Shown here: positions 18,432 to 27,587 of the stretch, one piece after another | How positions within the stretch are numbered: position 1 is the first letter of the stretch | Layout of the letters: every line of letters begins with the position of its first letter | Assembly: GCA_037440825.1 (NCBI GenBank) | Contig: JBBITJ010000003.1 | Location: 1 to 53,732 of the forward strand | Length of the DNA: 53,732 nucleotides | Source: Candidatus Micrarchaeota archaeon | Lineage (GTDB): Archaea; Micrarchaeota; Micrarchaeia; Anstonellales; Bilamarchaeaceae | Direction of reading: 5' to 3' | Position numbers and translations under genes: made by a program | Notes under the pieces: generated by a model | The model's database searches: none | What the model saw: the letters and a program-made list of their open reading frames with translations, nothing else | What the model was told of the DNA's origin: nothing

Positions 18432-19499
18432 ATGCGGAACGGCAAGCACGCAGTCCTTATCCTGAAAGACGGCTCCATCATCCAGGGCGCAGGATTCGGC
18501 GCGCCCGCGGTGCGCACCGGCGAACTCGTTTTCAACACCGCGATGCAGGGCTACCAGGAATCGCTCACCGACCCGAGCTACGCAGGGCAAATACTCCTCG
18601 CAACCTACCCGCTCATAGGCAATTACGGCATAAACAGCTACTCGTTCGAGAGCAAGAGGATGCACGCTGAGGGCTACGTGATACGCGAGCTCTGCGAGGA
18701 GCCCGAGCACATGGATTCCGTGAAGGAACTCGATTCCTTCCTCGCGGAGAACAACCGGCCGGGGATCCAGGGCATAGACACCCGCTCGTTGGTGCTCAAG
18801 CTCAGGAACTTCGGCGTCATGCCTGCGCTCATAGCGGTGAGCGAGAATCCGCTCAACATCAAGGAGCTGCTGGAGAACCTGAAATTCGATTATGAGAACA
18901 TAGACTTCATAAAAAACATCACAGTAAAGGAGCCGGAAGTGTACGGGAAAGGCAACAGGAAAAAAGTCGTCCTGATAGACTACGGAGCCAAGCACAACAT
19001 AATAAACGAACTGGTGAAGCGCGGGCTCGAAGTCACGGTCGTTTCAGCGTACGAGGAGCTCGAAACCATACGCTCATTCGAGCCCGAAGGGATAATGCTC
19101 TCCAACGGACCGGGAAATCCCGCCATACTGACGCACGCGCACAAGGTCATAAAAGGGCTGAATGATTACCCGATTTTCGGAATCTGCCTGGGCAACCAGC
19201 TCATCTCCCACGCGTTCGGCGGGGACACTTACAAATTGAAATTCGGCCACCGTGGAGTGAACCACCCGGTGATAAACCTGAAGGACGGCAGGGTGCGCAT
19301 AACCACCCAGAACCACGGCTTCGCCGTAGGAAAAGTGCCAGACGGCTTCGAAATCACGGAGAAGAGCGCGAACGACGGGAGCGTGGAAGGAATGGAATCG
19401 TCCGATGGCCGCGTGTTCTGCGTCCAGTACCACCCGGAATCCACGCCGGGCCCGAACGACACCAAGTATTTATTCGACAGGTTCGTGAAGATGCTGTGA
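18432..19499 (+). CDS. carA: carbamoyl-phosphate synthase small (glutaminase) subunit
   Basis: 355 aa. It has a CPSase small-chain N-domain plus a class I amidotransferase with 'GICLGNQL' (catalytic Cys) and 'VQYHPE'. Confidence 0.9.
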   Translation: MRNGKHAVLILKDGSIIQGAGFGAPAVRTGELVFNTAMQGYQESLTDPSYAGQILLATYPLIGNYGINSYSFESKRMHAEGYVIRELCEEPEHMDSVKELDSFLAENNRPGIQGIDTRSLVLKLRNFGVMPALIAVSENPLNIKELLENLKFDYENIDFIKNITVKEPEVYGKGNRKKVVLIDYGAKHNIINELVKRGLEVTVVSAYEELETIRSFEPEGIMLSNGPGNPAILTHAHKVIKGLNDYPIFGICLGNQLISHAFGGDTYKLKFGHRGVNHPVINLKDGRVRITTQNHGFAVGKVPDGFEITEKSANDGSVEGMESSDGRVFCVQYHPESTPGPNDTKYLFDRFVKML

Positions 19500-19509
19500 G
19501 GTGAGCGGA

Positions 19510-20349
19510 ATGAAAAATTTTCTTTCCATTAACGATCTGAAAAAAGAGGAGATGGAGAAGATATTCGAGATGGCAGACAAACTTGGAGGGGAGAATTTCT
19601 TCCCCAAGCCGCAGTGCGCAGGGCTCCTGTTCGACCGCCCGAGCACACGCACGCGCGTCTCTTTCGAGGCAGCGCTCAGGCAGCTGGGCATGCACCCTAT
19701 TTCCCTTGATTACGTCTTCTCGCAGCTGGCTGGAGGCGAATCCATAGAGGATACCGGAAAGGTGCTGAGCGGCTACGTGTCCCTGATAATAGCGAGGCTC
19801 CACAGGCACGACATGCTCAACAGGCTCGCAGCTTCCTCTTCCGTCCCGGTGATAAACGCCGCGACGGATTTGGAGCACCCGTGCCAGGCGCTTGGAGACC
19901 TTTATACGATAAGGCAGAACGGCCTGCTTAAGAAAGGGACAAAGATTGCTTACATCGGCAACCCGGGCTGCAGCGTAGCCAACGCGCTGCTCGCAGGAGC
20001 ATCGAAATTCGGAATCGAATTGTTCTTCATCTCTCCCAAAGGATATTCCCCGAACCCTGCTTACGGGAAGGGCGCGAAAGTGCTGAACGATTTCAGCGCG
20101 AAGGCTGACATCGCGTATTCCAATTCGTTCGGAGTGGGGGAGGATGAGCTCAAGGCGTTCATACCCTACCAGCTCGACGCCGCGAACATGAAAAAGCTGG
20201 GCGCCAAATTCTTCATGCACCCCCTTCCGGCGATGCGGGGCGTGGAAGTGAGCGACGAGGTGCTTGATGGGAAGACCAGTTTGGCGTGGGCTCAGGCGAA
20301 AAACAAGGTCGCTGTGCAGAAGGCGCTGATAGAGTACCTGCTTGCATAG
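19510..20349 (+). CDS. aspartate/ornithine carbamoyltransferase family protein (short, OTC-like with HPLP motif)
   Basis: It has the motifs 'STRTR', 'HPCQALGD' and 'FMHPLPAMRGVEVSDEV'. A GAGGTGAG SD precedes the ATG at 19510, whereas the track start at 19501 is a GTG inside that SD. Confidence 0.8.
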   Translation: MKNFLSINDLKKEEMEKIFEMADKLGGENFFPKPQCAGLLFDRPSTRTRVSFEAALRQLGMHPISLDYVFSQLAGGESIEDTGKVLSGYVSLIIARLHRHDMLNRLAASSSVPVINAATDLEHPCQALGDLYTIRQNGLLKKGTKIAYIGNPGCSVANALLAGASKFGIELFFISPKGYSPNPAYGKGAKVLNDFSAKADIAYSNSFGVGEDELKAFIPYQLDAANMKKLGAKFFMHPLPAMRGVEVSDEVLDGKTSLAWAQAKNKVAVQKALIEYLLA

Positions 20350-20418
20350 CCGGGGCTGGAAACTCGAAACAGAAAACCACAAGCTGAAAAGACGCGAAGA
20401 AAGTAATAAGAAACTGTT

Positions 20419-20492
20419 CGCCCTCGCCGAGATTTGAACTCGGATCATAGCCTCCGCAGGGCCACATTCTATCCAGGTTAAACTACAAGGGC
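20419..20492 (-). tRNA. tRNA-Arg (anticodon GCG)
   Basis: I folded the cloverleaf by hand. The acceptor stem is GCCCTTG/CGAGGGC, the anticodon arm is TGGCC-CTGCGGA-GGCTA, the T arm is CCGAG-TTCAAAT-CTCGG and the discriminator is G. No CCA is encoded. Confidence 0.85.
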
Positions 20493-20618
20493 AAAAAGTT
20501 GCTTTGCGCCCGTCCGCCCATTTCGGAAGGCTGCCGAACGATATGTATTTTAAATACACTAATTTTAATAAACTAATCTGCTAATCAGTCTCGATTATAT
20601 TGACTTAGAGGTGTCTGA

Positions 20619-20765
20619 ATGAAAAGATGCGTCACATGCGGAAAAATGGTCAAGGAATTCACGGAATTCCCGTGCCCGGACTGCAGCTCGAAGCTCGTCA
20701 GGTGCAACCACTGCAGGGAGATAAAGAACCCCTACAAGTGCGAGTGCGGATTCACGGGCCCGTAG
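20619..20765 (+). CDS. small Zn-ribbon protein (48 aa) conserved upstream of aEF-1beta
   Basis: It is below the 60-aa track cutoff. A GAGGTG SD lies 5 nt upstream. It has four CxxC-type pairs (CVTC, CPDC, CNHC, CEC). The position directly upstream of ef1b is the known archaeal arrangement. Confidence 0.6.
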   Translation: MKRCVTCGKMVKEFTEFPCPDCSSKLVRCNHCREIKNPYKCECGFTGP

Positions 20766-20798
20766 GCGTTCCGGGTTCAGAGTTTTGACGGTGAAACT

Positions 20799-21050
20799 AT
20801 GTCTAACGAAGTCGCGGTGTCCATGAAGATATTCATGGACGACCAGGGCAAGATGGAGGAGACGCTCAAGGAGATAAACAAGATTGTCACGGTCACGAAC
20901 ATGAAGACCGAGGACGTGGGCTTCGGCATAAAGGCCCTCAAGATCATCTTCTTGATGGGCGACGACGGCGGAGTGGACCAGATAGAGGAGAAGATCGCAG
21001 CGGTCCAGAACGTCAGCCAGGTCCAGGTAGAGGAAGTAAGCAGGCTTTAG
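20799..21050 (+). CDS. ef1b: translation elongation factor aEF-1 beta
   Basis: 83 aa. The pattern 'KIFMDD...VGFGIKALKIIFLMGDDGGVDQIEEKI...VSQVQVEEVSRL' matches the archaeal EF-1beta pattern. Confidence 0.8.
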   Translation: MSNEVAVSMKIFMDDQGKMEETLKEINKIVTVTNMKTEDVGFGIKALKIIFLMGDDGGVDQIEEKIAAVQNVSQVQVEEVSRL

Positions 21051-21100
21051 CCAGTTCCGTTTTGTTTTCTATTCTTTTTCTCCGTTTTAAAACTAGAATT

Positions 21101-22726
21101 TTACCTCCTTCTCTTGTACACGAAGAGGTAGAATGCGACTGCGAGCACTGCAAATGCCACTCCCGCGTAAGTCGCCAGGACCGTCATGTCGTAGCTGACA
21201 TTGACCGTGACCCTTCCATCCTCGTAGCCGGTCTTCTTCACTGTAAGTGTGTATGTGCCCGGCTCGGCGAACCTGAGCGTCACCGTGCCGTTCTTCCCTG
21301 CGTACGTCTTTCCAGCAGCCGAGACTGTGAAATCATCCATGCGCTGGCCGTTCTCGTCAAGCACGCTTATTGTGAAATTCTTGTCCTCGGTCACGCTCCG
21401 GGGCGCATCCACGATCATGACGAACTTCTGTGCATTCTGGTCCCTGAACAGCACCACGTAAGTGAAGCCCTTGCTCTCCTGGCCCGCGCTGTCCGAAACT
21501 CTGCATTCCACGAAGACATTCCCGAATTCGTAGTTGTTCGGGTCAAAGATGTAGAACCAGTCGTTTCCTGAGACCTGCGCCATGTTCCACGTGCCGTTGT
21601 TCACCCTCACCGCGACCTGCGCGCCCGGATATTGCGAGAACACCCTTCCGCTCACGTTCACGACCTTGTACCCTATGCTCTCGCCGGTGAACGGCGAGTC
21701 TATCGTGCAGCCTCTGTCTACGACGTACGAGTATATCAGCCCGTCATAGGACCCGAAATAGAGCATGCCGCCGTAGAACGCTGGGTTGTGTACCCAGCCG
21801 TGCGCAGAGAACGCGATCACCACGTTCCCGTTCTTCGTGTCGACTATGTATATCTTGTTGTCGTTGCTCCCGGTTATGAGCATCTCCCTTCCCCCAAGGG
21901 AAGTGATTACCATGCTGCCCTGCACAGCTTCAGCAGTCTTCCTCTTCCAGATTAGTGTCCCGTTCTTGGAGTTGACTGCGTATATGTAGCCGTCGTTGCT
22001 CCCGAAATACACCACGTCGTTGGAGTATATGGGATCGGACATTATCCAGCCGCCCGTGTCGAACGTCCAGAGGATCTTTCCGGTGTATATGTTGACCGCA
22101 TTCATCTTGCCGTCGTTGCTGCCTATGTACACCACTCCCAGGTGGAATTCCGGCCTGGATTCCCAGAACGGGCTCACGCGCGTGCGGCTCCTCACGCTCC
22201 CGTTTATGTCCGCGACGACCAGCTCGTCAGAAGCGCCGTATATGAGCGTGTCGTTGAGCAGCAGTATGTCGGTGAGCGGCATATCGTTCTCGTGGATAAC
22301 CCACAGGAGCGTGCCTTCGTAGTCGTATTTCTTGACCCCCTTGTCCGTGGATATGTAGATGAATTCGGGCGAAGCCGCCATCCCGTAGATGGTCGTCTCG
22401 TTCACCTTATGCTGGATATTGCCGCTCCTGTCGAGTATTACTATGCGGGAATTGGATATGCCGACTATCTGGCTTCCCGGGCTTTCAAGCTCCTTGATTT
22501 TCTCCTCGACATACGTCCTCCACGAGATTATGCCGTTCTGCTGGTACGCGCAGTAGATGAATCCGTCGTAGGATGCGGCGACCACCTTGTCGCCGAAGAA
22601 AACCAGGTTGCTCTCTATGGGCCCGAACGTGAGCAGGCTCCAGCTCTGGCCGGCAAAGGATGCGGAAAGAAGAATGATGAATGCCAGAAAAAGGCGGTTG
22701 CGCGTTCCGAGTTCCCTGGCTGGCAT
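21101..22726 (-). CDS. PQQ-like beta-propeller repeat surface protein with C-terminal Ig/PEGA-like domain and tail anchor
   Basis: It has repeated 'DG.IY(A/I)V....G..(L/I)W' blades, 'GTYTLTVKKTGYEDGRVTVNV', a C-terminal TM helix plus 'KRRR', and the N-terminal anchor 'LFLAFIILLSASFAG'. The start is uncertain (22726 or 22777). The track start at 22882 overlaps rpl11. Confidence 0.75.
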   Translation of the reverse strand: MPARELGTRNRLFLAFIILLSASFAGQSWSLLTFGPIESNLVFFGDKVVAASYDGFIYCAYQQNGIISWRTYVEEKIKELESPGSQIVGISNSRIVILDRSGNIQHKVNETTIYGMAASPEFIYISTDKGVKKYDYEGTLLWVIHENDMPLTDILLLNDTLIYGASDELVVADINGSVRSRTRVSPFWESRPEFHLGVVYIGSNDGKMNAVNIYTGKILWTFDTGGWIMSDPIYSNDVVYFGSNDGYIYAVNSKNGTLIWKRKTAEAVQGSMVITSLGGREMLITGSNDNKIYIVDTKNGNVVIAFSAHGWVHNPAFYGGMLYFGSYDGLIYSYVVDRGCTIDSPFTGESIGYKVVNVSGRVFSQYPGAQVAVRVNNGTWNMAQVSGNDWFYIFDPNNYEFGNVFVECRVSDSAGQESKGFTYVVLFRDQNAQKFVMIVDAPRSVTEDKNFTISVLDENGQRMDDFTVSAAGKTYAGKNGTVTLRFAEPGTYTLTVKKTGYEDGRVTVNVSYDMTVLATYAGVAFAVLAVAFYLFVYKRRR

Positions 22727-22785
22727 TCCGCTTTTCGAAACGGGAAACCCAGAACTGCAAACTGCCTTTTCTTGCATGCTTGCCC

Positions 22786-23262
22786 TCATCCAGCCAGCAT
22801 CGAGTCGTACTTGCCTTCCTTGATCTCCTTCTCGACCTGCTTGGCATCCTTGGAATCCACTGTGACGCCCATGCTCATGCACGTGCCTATCACTTCGCGC
22901 ACCGTCTGCCTGAGCGTGCTGCCATAGCTCTTAGACTTCAGCCCTTTCGCGAGCTCCACTACGGCGGAGAACTCCACGTTGCCGACCTTGTCCTTGGTGC
23001 CTGAGCCTTTCTCTATCCCGGCAGCCTTCTTCACGAGCTCGCTGGTCGCAGGCGCGCCGACCGTTACAGTGAACGCCTTGGTCGCAGTGTCAACAACTAC
23101 CTTCACTGGCACCTTGAGTCCCGCGAACGCCTTGGTCTCCTCGTTTATCTTCGCTACGACCATGCCCACGTTGACGCCCAGCGGCGCAAGCCCCGGCCCG
23201 ATGGGCGGTCCTGCGGTCGCTTTCCCTCCGTCTACTATCGCATTCAATATTTTTTCCCCCAT
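22786..23262 (-). CDS. rpl11: 50S ribosomal protein L11 (uL11)
   Basis: It has 'GKATAGPPIGPGLAPLGVN' and the typical uL11 length. The ATG at 23262 is preferred over the TTG at 23271. Confidence 0.95.
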   Translation of the reverse strand: MGEKILNAIVDGGKATAGPPIGPGLAPLGVNVGMVVAKINEETKAFAGLKVPVKVVVDTATKAFTVTVGAPATSELVKKAAGIEKGSGTKDKVGNVEFSAVVELAKGLKSKSYGSTLRQTVREVIGTCMSMGVTVDSKDAKQVEKEIKEGKYDSMLAG

Positions 23263-23502
23263 AATTTTCAACTCTCAGGATTTACTGTGTAGAATTCTTC
23301 TGAATTCCTTTCATATTTTCCTGTCTAGGATAAATAGGAGATTACTTTTATAAACATTTATAAGGGCTGCGAAGGCGGCTTAGTGCGCTCTGCTTTCGGA
23401 CCATGCCTTCCAGTTGGCATTGAAGAATGAGTATGCCCTCTCCTTCATCTCCATGGCATAATCGCTCAGTTTCCAGTGTTCGATAAGCTTTCTACAAAAC
23501 CG

Positions 23503-24024
23503 CTACCACGGGACTTTCTTCCATCCCAGCCTGTTCGCCGCGAAGTTGGAGGCCACGTGCAGCACATAGGTGGCTATGAACAGGAACAGGAGCGGCTCAA
23601 GGGTGAATAGTGATGCAGACGCGAGCGGATGTACGGCGAGTAGCGCTATCACGATGAACATGAGCTGGTCGAGAATGAACGGCTTGCCCGGCTGCACGCC
23701 GAATCTCCTCTTGAGGAAGCTTCCCAATGCGTCTCCGATCATCGTTCCGAGCGCCATGAGCGCGAATCCGGCGAACTGCACCGCCGCGGTGGGAAAGAAT
23801 GGGCTCAGGTAAACAAGCGACACTATTCCGCCTGCGGCTATTCCTCCGAACACCCCTGCGAAGAATCCGCGCACGGTCTTCCCGTCCCCGAATATCCTCC
23901 TTCCGTCCGGAAAGTTTTTCCCGAAATCCATGGGCGTCCCGCCGCCGAGCAGCACCGGAATGGCATTGGCCACGTACGCGGGCAGCATGAACACAAGCAG
24001 GTAAATCACGGTCTGGGCGTCCAT
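23503..24024 (-). CDS. carS: CDP-archaeol synthase (CarS, DUF46 family)
   Basis: 173 aa with about 5 TM helices. It has 'DGRRIFGDGKTVRGF' and 'GDALGSFLKRR', characteristic of CarS. Confidence 0.75.
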   Translation of the reverse strand: MDAQTVIYLLVFMLPAYVANAIPVLLGGGTPMDFGKNFPDGRRIFGDGKTVRGFFAGVFGGIAAGGIVSLVYLSPFFPTAAVQFAGFALMALGTMIGDALGSFLKRRFGVQPGKPFILDQLMFIVIALLAVHPLASASLFTLEPLLFLFIATYVLHVASNFAANRLGWKKVPW

Positions 24025-24075
24025 GATTGTTTAGTGATTGATAAGTATTATAAACCGGATTCCAGAAAATCCTGC

Positions 24076-25011
24076 ATGCGAATCAGATTACAGACTCAAC
24101 AGTCCCAGGGGGCGAACTGGCTCAAGTACGGGGGCGCCATAGTCCTCGCGCTCGCGTTCCTCGTGTTCCTGGGCATCCTGCTTTTCTCCTCGGTCTCAGT
24201 CCCGATAATCGGGAGCAAGTGCGTCGCGATCGTGAACATCGACCAGGAGATAACGACGGAGAGCGTCCCTCCCACCCTTTTCAGCACCGCTGTGCCGGGC
24301 AGCGAGGAGATCGCATCATCGATAGCCGCGCTGGAAACTAGGGACGACGTGGGTTCGGTCGTGTTCGTAATGAACTCGCCGGGCGGCAGCGTCGTGGCGA
24401 CCAAGGAGATATACGAGGCCGTCAAGAACCTCAGCAAGCCCAAGGTCGCGTATTTCAGGGAAATCGCGGCTTCAGGCGCATATTACATTTCTACGGGCGC
24501 AGATTACATAGTAAGCGAGCCGGACGCGATAACCGGCAGCATAGGGGTCATAATGACCGTTACCGAGCTCAGCGGCCTTTTCGACAAGCTCGGAATAAAC
24601 TCCACTGCGATAAAGAGCGGGGAAAGCAAGGACATCGGCTCCCCTGAAAGGCCGATGACGGATAATGAGAAGCAGATACTCCAGGCGCTCGTGGACGAGA
24701 TCTTCGGGGAATTCAGGTCCATAGTGGTCGCCAACCGCGGCTCCAGGCTAGACATGGACAGGTTCGAGGAAATACTTGACGGAAGGATAGTGAGCGGCAG
24801 GCAGGCGAAGGCGATCGGGCTCGTGGACGCGCTCGGGAACAAGCGCGACGCGATAATGAAGGCGGCCGCGCTTGCAGGCATAGGCGATGAAGAGCCTTTG
24901 CTTTGCGAGATAGACACGAGTTCGCATAAAACGGGGCTATTCGATGTGCGCACCTATTTCGCGGGCATCCTCGCGCAGGATACCAAAAAGTTCAGCGTCA
25001 AGTACGAGTGA
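24076..25011 (+). CDS. sppA: signal peptide peptidase SppA (S49 family, 36K type)
   Basis: It has an N-terminal TM helix, then 'VFVMNSPGGSV' and 'AASGAYYIS' (Ser nucleophile region) and 'SIGV'. ATG at 24076 (the track uses the GTG at 24034). Confidence 0.85.
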   Translation: MRIRLQTQQSQGANWLKYGGAIVLALAFLVFLGILLFSSVSVPIIGSKCVAIVNIDQEITTESVPPTLFSTAVPGSEEIASSIAALETRDDVGSVVFVMNSPGGSVVATKEIYEAVKNLSKPKVAYFREIAASGAYYISTGADYIVSEPDAITGSIGVIMTVTELSGLFDKLGINSTAIKSGESKDIGSPERPMTDNEKQILQALVDEIFGEFRSIVVANRGSRLDMDRFEEILDGRIVSGRQAKAIGLVDALGNKRDAIMKAAALAGIGDEEPLLCEIDTSSHKTGLFDVRTYFAGILAQDTKKFSVKYE

Positions 25012-25369
25012 ATTGCTGGCGCTGCTGAAATTGGCGGCTCCGCTGGCAGTTGTCGCGATTTTCGTAGCTTCGCTCCTCTACCTCTACTCGATAATCAGCG
25101 GCTTTTTCCCGGAAACAGGCGAGTCCGCACAGCCGCCTATTTCCCCTCCGCCGCAGGCAGAATGCTCTGCTGGCGACAAGGCGGAATGTACGAGTTCCCA
25201 GGGCTGCCCCGGCACCAGGATGTGCCGCGAGGGGAAGTGGAGCGAGTGCATGGTGAAGAAGATATGCAGCCCTGGAGAGGAGCAGGGGTGCTTCATAGGC
25301 ACCTGCGCAACAGGCAAGCAGGTGTGCAACGCGTGCGGGACCGCGTACGAGAACTGCACGCAGACCTAG
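24944..25369 (+). CDS. membrane-anchored Cys-rich small protein
   Basis: It has the TM helix 'LAAPLAVVAIFVASLLYLYSII', a Pro-rich linker and a 12-Cys module ('ECSAGDKAECTSSQGCPGTRMCREGKWSEC...CSPGEEQGCFIGTCATGKQVCNACG'). The ATG at 24944 overlaps sppA by 68 nt, and there is an alternative TTG at 25013. Confidence 0.6.
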   Translation: MCAPISRASSRRIPKSSASSTSELLALLKLAAPLAVVAIFVASLLYLYSIISGFFPETGESAQPPISPPPQAECSAGDKAECTSSQGCPGTRMCREGKWSECMVKKICSPGEEQGCFIGTCATGKQVCNACGTAYENCTQT

Positions 25370-25435
25370 TTCCGGCGCTTCCTGCCCGCACGCTGAACTA
25401 GGCTTTTTAAAGATTCCCGGCTTAACTTTAGAACG

Positions 25436-26059
25436 ATGGCAAAGGCATTCATATTCTCTATAGACGCGTTTGTCGCATTCACGTTCGTGCTCATAATGAT
25501 ACATTCCCTCATCTTCATCGCCGCGGTCCCGTCCAGCTATTACGGCGGGCTCACGCAGGCTAATTACCTTGCGAGGGACACCGTAGCGGCGCTCGCAGCC
25601 GCTAACTCGAGCAAGCTCATATGCGACCCCGCCGATTCCGGCTACAACGAGTGCGTTTCGGACTATTCGCAAGTAACTCTCCTCGACTACCTGATGAGGC
25701 ACAGGGACGCTGACACCATAAGGGCGCACGTGGGCGCGCTCATTCCGGAGCAATACGGCTACGCGCTCGAGCTCTGGGATTCAGGCACCGGATCATGGAC
25801 AACGCTCTACGACAGCGCGGATTACGATTATTCCGAGGATCCGCACGCGAAGTCCTACCACAAGCTCATGGTATCTTCGCATTCGCTCTTCTTCGGCTAC
25901 GACAGCGACGGCGCCCGCGGTTTCCACATCCCCTACTGCTACATAACCTGCAACCCCGGCTCCTACGGCGGCTGCCCCACTCCCTGCGACGAGCCGGTTT
26001 CCAATTACGACGAAGGGCAGGCGGACCTCGGGCTGGTGAGGCTCACGGTTTACAGGTGA
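25436..26059 (+). CDS. type IV prepilin-like (class III signal peptide) protein 1
   Basis: The N-terminus 'MAKAFIFSIDAFVAFTFVLIMI' has a short charged leader, a hydrophobic helix and an acidic residue at about +6. The TATA-like 'ctttttaaag' lies about 27 nt upstream. Confidence 0.65.
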   Translation: MAKAFIFSIDAFVAFTFVLIMIHSLIFIAAVPSSYYGGLTQANYLARDTVAALAAANSSKLICDPADSGYNECVSDYSQVTLLDYLMRHRDADTIRAHVGALIPEQYGYALELWDSGTGSWTTLYDSADYDYSEDPHAKSYHKLMVSSHSLFFGYDSDGARGFHIPYCYITCNPGSYGGCPTPCDEPVSNYDEGQADLGLVRLTVYR

Positions 26060-26063
26060 ATGC

Positions 26064-27587
26064 ATGGCCCGGAAATCCAGGGGATTCTTCTTCGTGCTGA
26101 TCTCGTTCATACTGCTGCTCTATATATTCCTCTACCTCGCGGCTTGGATAAGCGCGATAGAGATATCGGAAAAGGCATCATCCGAGAGGTTCAGGACCGC
26201 GTCGGTTTCAGGCATAATGTCCCAGCTCACCAAGGAGCGGCTTGACAATTTCTTCGACATCGCCGGCTATTACGCCCTGTTCAAGATAAACAACCATTCG
26301 TCGGATCCCGCGCACCCCCTCCAATACGACCCTGCGGACGAGCTGCGATACCTGAGGGGCGCGTTCTTCGGCTGCGTTTTCAACGGCACCTCAGATGATT
26401 TCGAATCTGTTTCGCTGGATTACTCGGACGATGAAAAAGGCACGTACACGTTCTACGCATGGATGGACAGCCTGAACCGCACGCTTTCGCAGGCTGGGCT
26501 GGAGGTGGTCTCGTTCAGCGTGTCCAACGAGAATTTCACGCAGCTGGACCACGTGACGTTCAACGCGTCCATGGACGTTTCCATATACGTGAGGGACCGG
26601 CTTTCCACGGTTTCAGTGAACAGGAGCTTCAGCCTAAGCCGCCAGTTCAACGTCACCGGATTCCCTGACCCGATGATCACGAGGGAATACAGGCTCATAG
26701 AGCCCTCGTCGACTGTGGAGCGGCAGATATTCTTCAGGAACATATCTCTTTCGAACCTCACTCCGATAAACGTGATCAACGGCACGCAGGGCCAGGGCTT
26801 TTTCTACGGCCCAATGATCGCTGCTGCTGACGTGACCTCCACCAACCCGATACCATCCCAGAGGTGGCAGTACATCCTCGTGGGCAGCTTCGAAGACATA
26901 GTGGACGTGGCGAATTACGGCCAGTTCGGCGCGTACATCGTCACGAGCGCTGTGGAGTATAACAGCTACGACGGCTGCAGTCCGAGCGAGGAAGGGACTT
27001 TCAACGCCATCCAGAACAGAACCTCTTCGTGCAACGTGACGATCGCTTACCCTACTGACAGGCCGTTCGCGGTCATCGAAGGTCTTGATATCAATTCGTT
27101 CCGCGGCCCGGGAGGGGAACACCACGCGCTTTTCATAGCAGAGCGCTCGGTAGAGCAGGTGGCGAACAACCCTGCGGACAAGCTGGGCGAAGTGGTGGCT
27201 TACGACATCGAGGACCTGAGGGACGCCATGATATGCACATATTTCTTCCCGTCCGGCCGCGGCCCTTCGTATGCGCAGCGGCTCTCGTCTGATGCGATTT
27301 CCCTCTCAAGCGCCTCTTTCGGCATGGAGACGTTCCTGCTGGGCATGTGGGCAGGAGGGAGCCAGCTTCCAGATTACGAGAATTACAGCCGCGTGGACTG
27401 GGAATTCTTCAACATGCTGGAGGGAGTGAAGTTGCGGGGCATGGCTGGATGCAAGAGCCCCTCAATGTGCGCCGCTGCAGTAGGCTCTGACGCACAGGTG
27501 GGGCAGTTCAGGCTCACGGATGAATCCATAAGAGAATACGGCGCAGGGGGCATCGCCTGCAACGACGGCCGAGCGGGGTGCGACTAA
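26064..27587 (+). CDS. large pilin-like/adhesin-like protein 2 (507 aa) with prepilin-like N-terminus
   Basis: It starts 'MARKSRGFFFVLISFILLLYIFLY' and has many sequons in the body. It is 4 nt downstream of protein 1. Confidence 0.65.
   Translation: MARKSRGFFFVLISFILLLYIFLYLAAWISAIEISEKASSERFRTASVSGIMSQLTKERLDNFFDIAGYYALFKINNHSSDPAHPLQYDPADELRYLRGAFFGCVFNGTSDDFESVSLDYSDDEKGTYTFYAWMDSLNRTLSQAGLEVVSFSVSNENFTQLDHVTFNASMDVSIYVRDRLSTVSVNRSFSLSRQFNVTGFPDPMITREYRLIEPSSTVERQIFFRNISLSNLTPINVINGTQGQGFFYGPMIAAADVTSTNPIPSQRWQYILVGSFEDIVDVANYGQFGAYIVTSAVEYNSYDGCSPSEEGTFNAIQNRTSSCNVTIAYPTDRPFAVIEGLDINSFRGPGGEHHALFIAERSVEQVANNPADKLGEVVAYDIEDLRDAMICTYFFPSGRGPSYAQRLSSDAISLSSASFGMETFLLGMWAGGSQLPDYENYSRVDWEFFNMLEGVKLRGMAGCKSPSMCAAAVGSDAQVGQFRLTDESIREYGAGGIACNDGRAGCD

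Noticed and set aside
17817-18995. A 392-aa minus-strand ORF spanning the carA start region.
   Set aside because: Its upstream two thirds are antisense to carA and have an implausible sequence. I kept only the last 85 codons (17817-18074), which lie behind an AT-rich promoter, as a low-confidence small gene.
23377-23505. Possible TAG read-through or recoding. The frame stays open for about 42 protein-like codons after the carS TAG, and a TAG interrupts the small ORF at 51041.
   Set aside because: TAG terminates many well-defined genes here (leuS, ef1b, csl4, rpoL, lonB, the PIN gene and the pilin-like genes) at positions matching family lengths. leuS is followed by TAG-TGA-TAA. There is no evidence for pyrrolysine machinery or systematic extension, so the open frames after the stops are best explained by chance.
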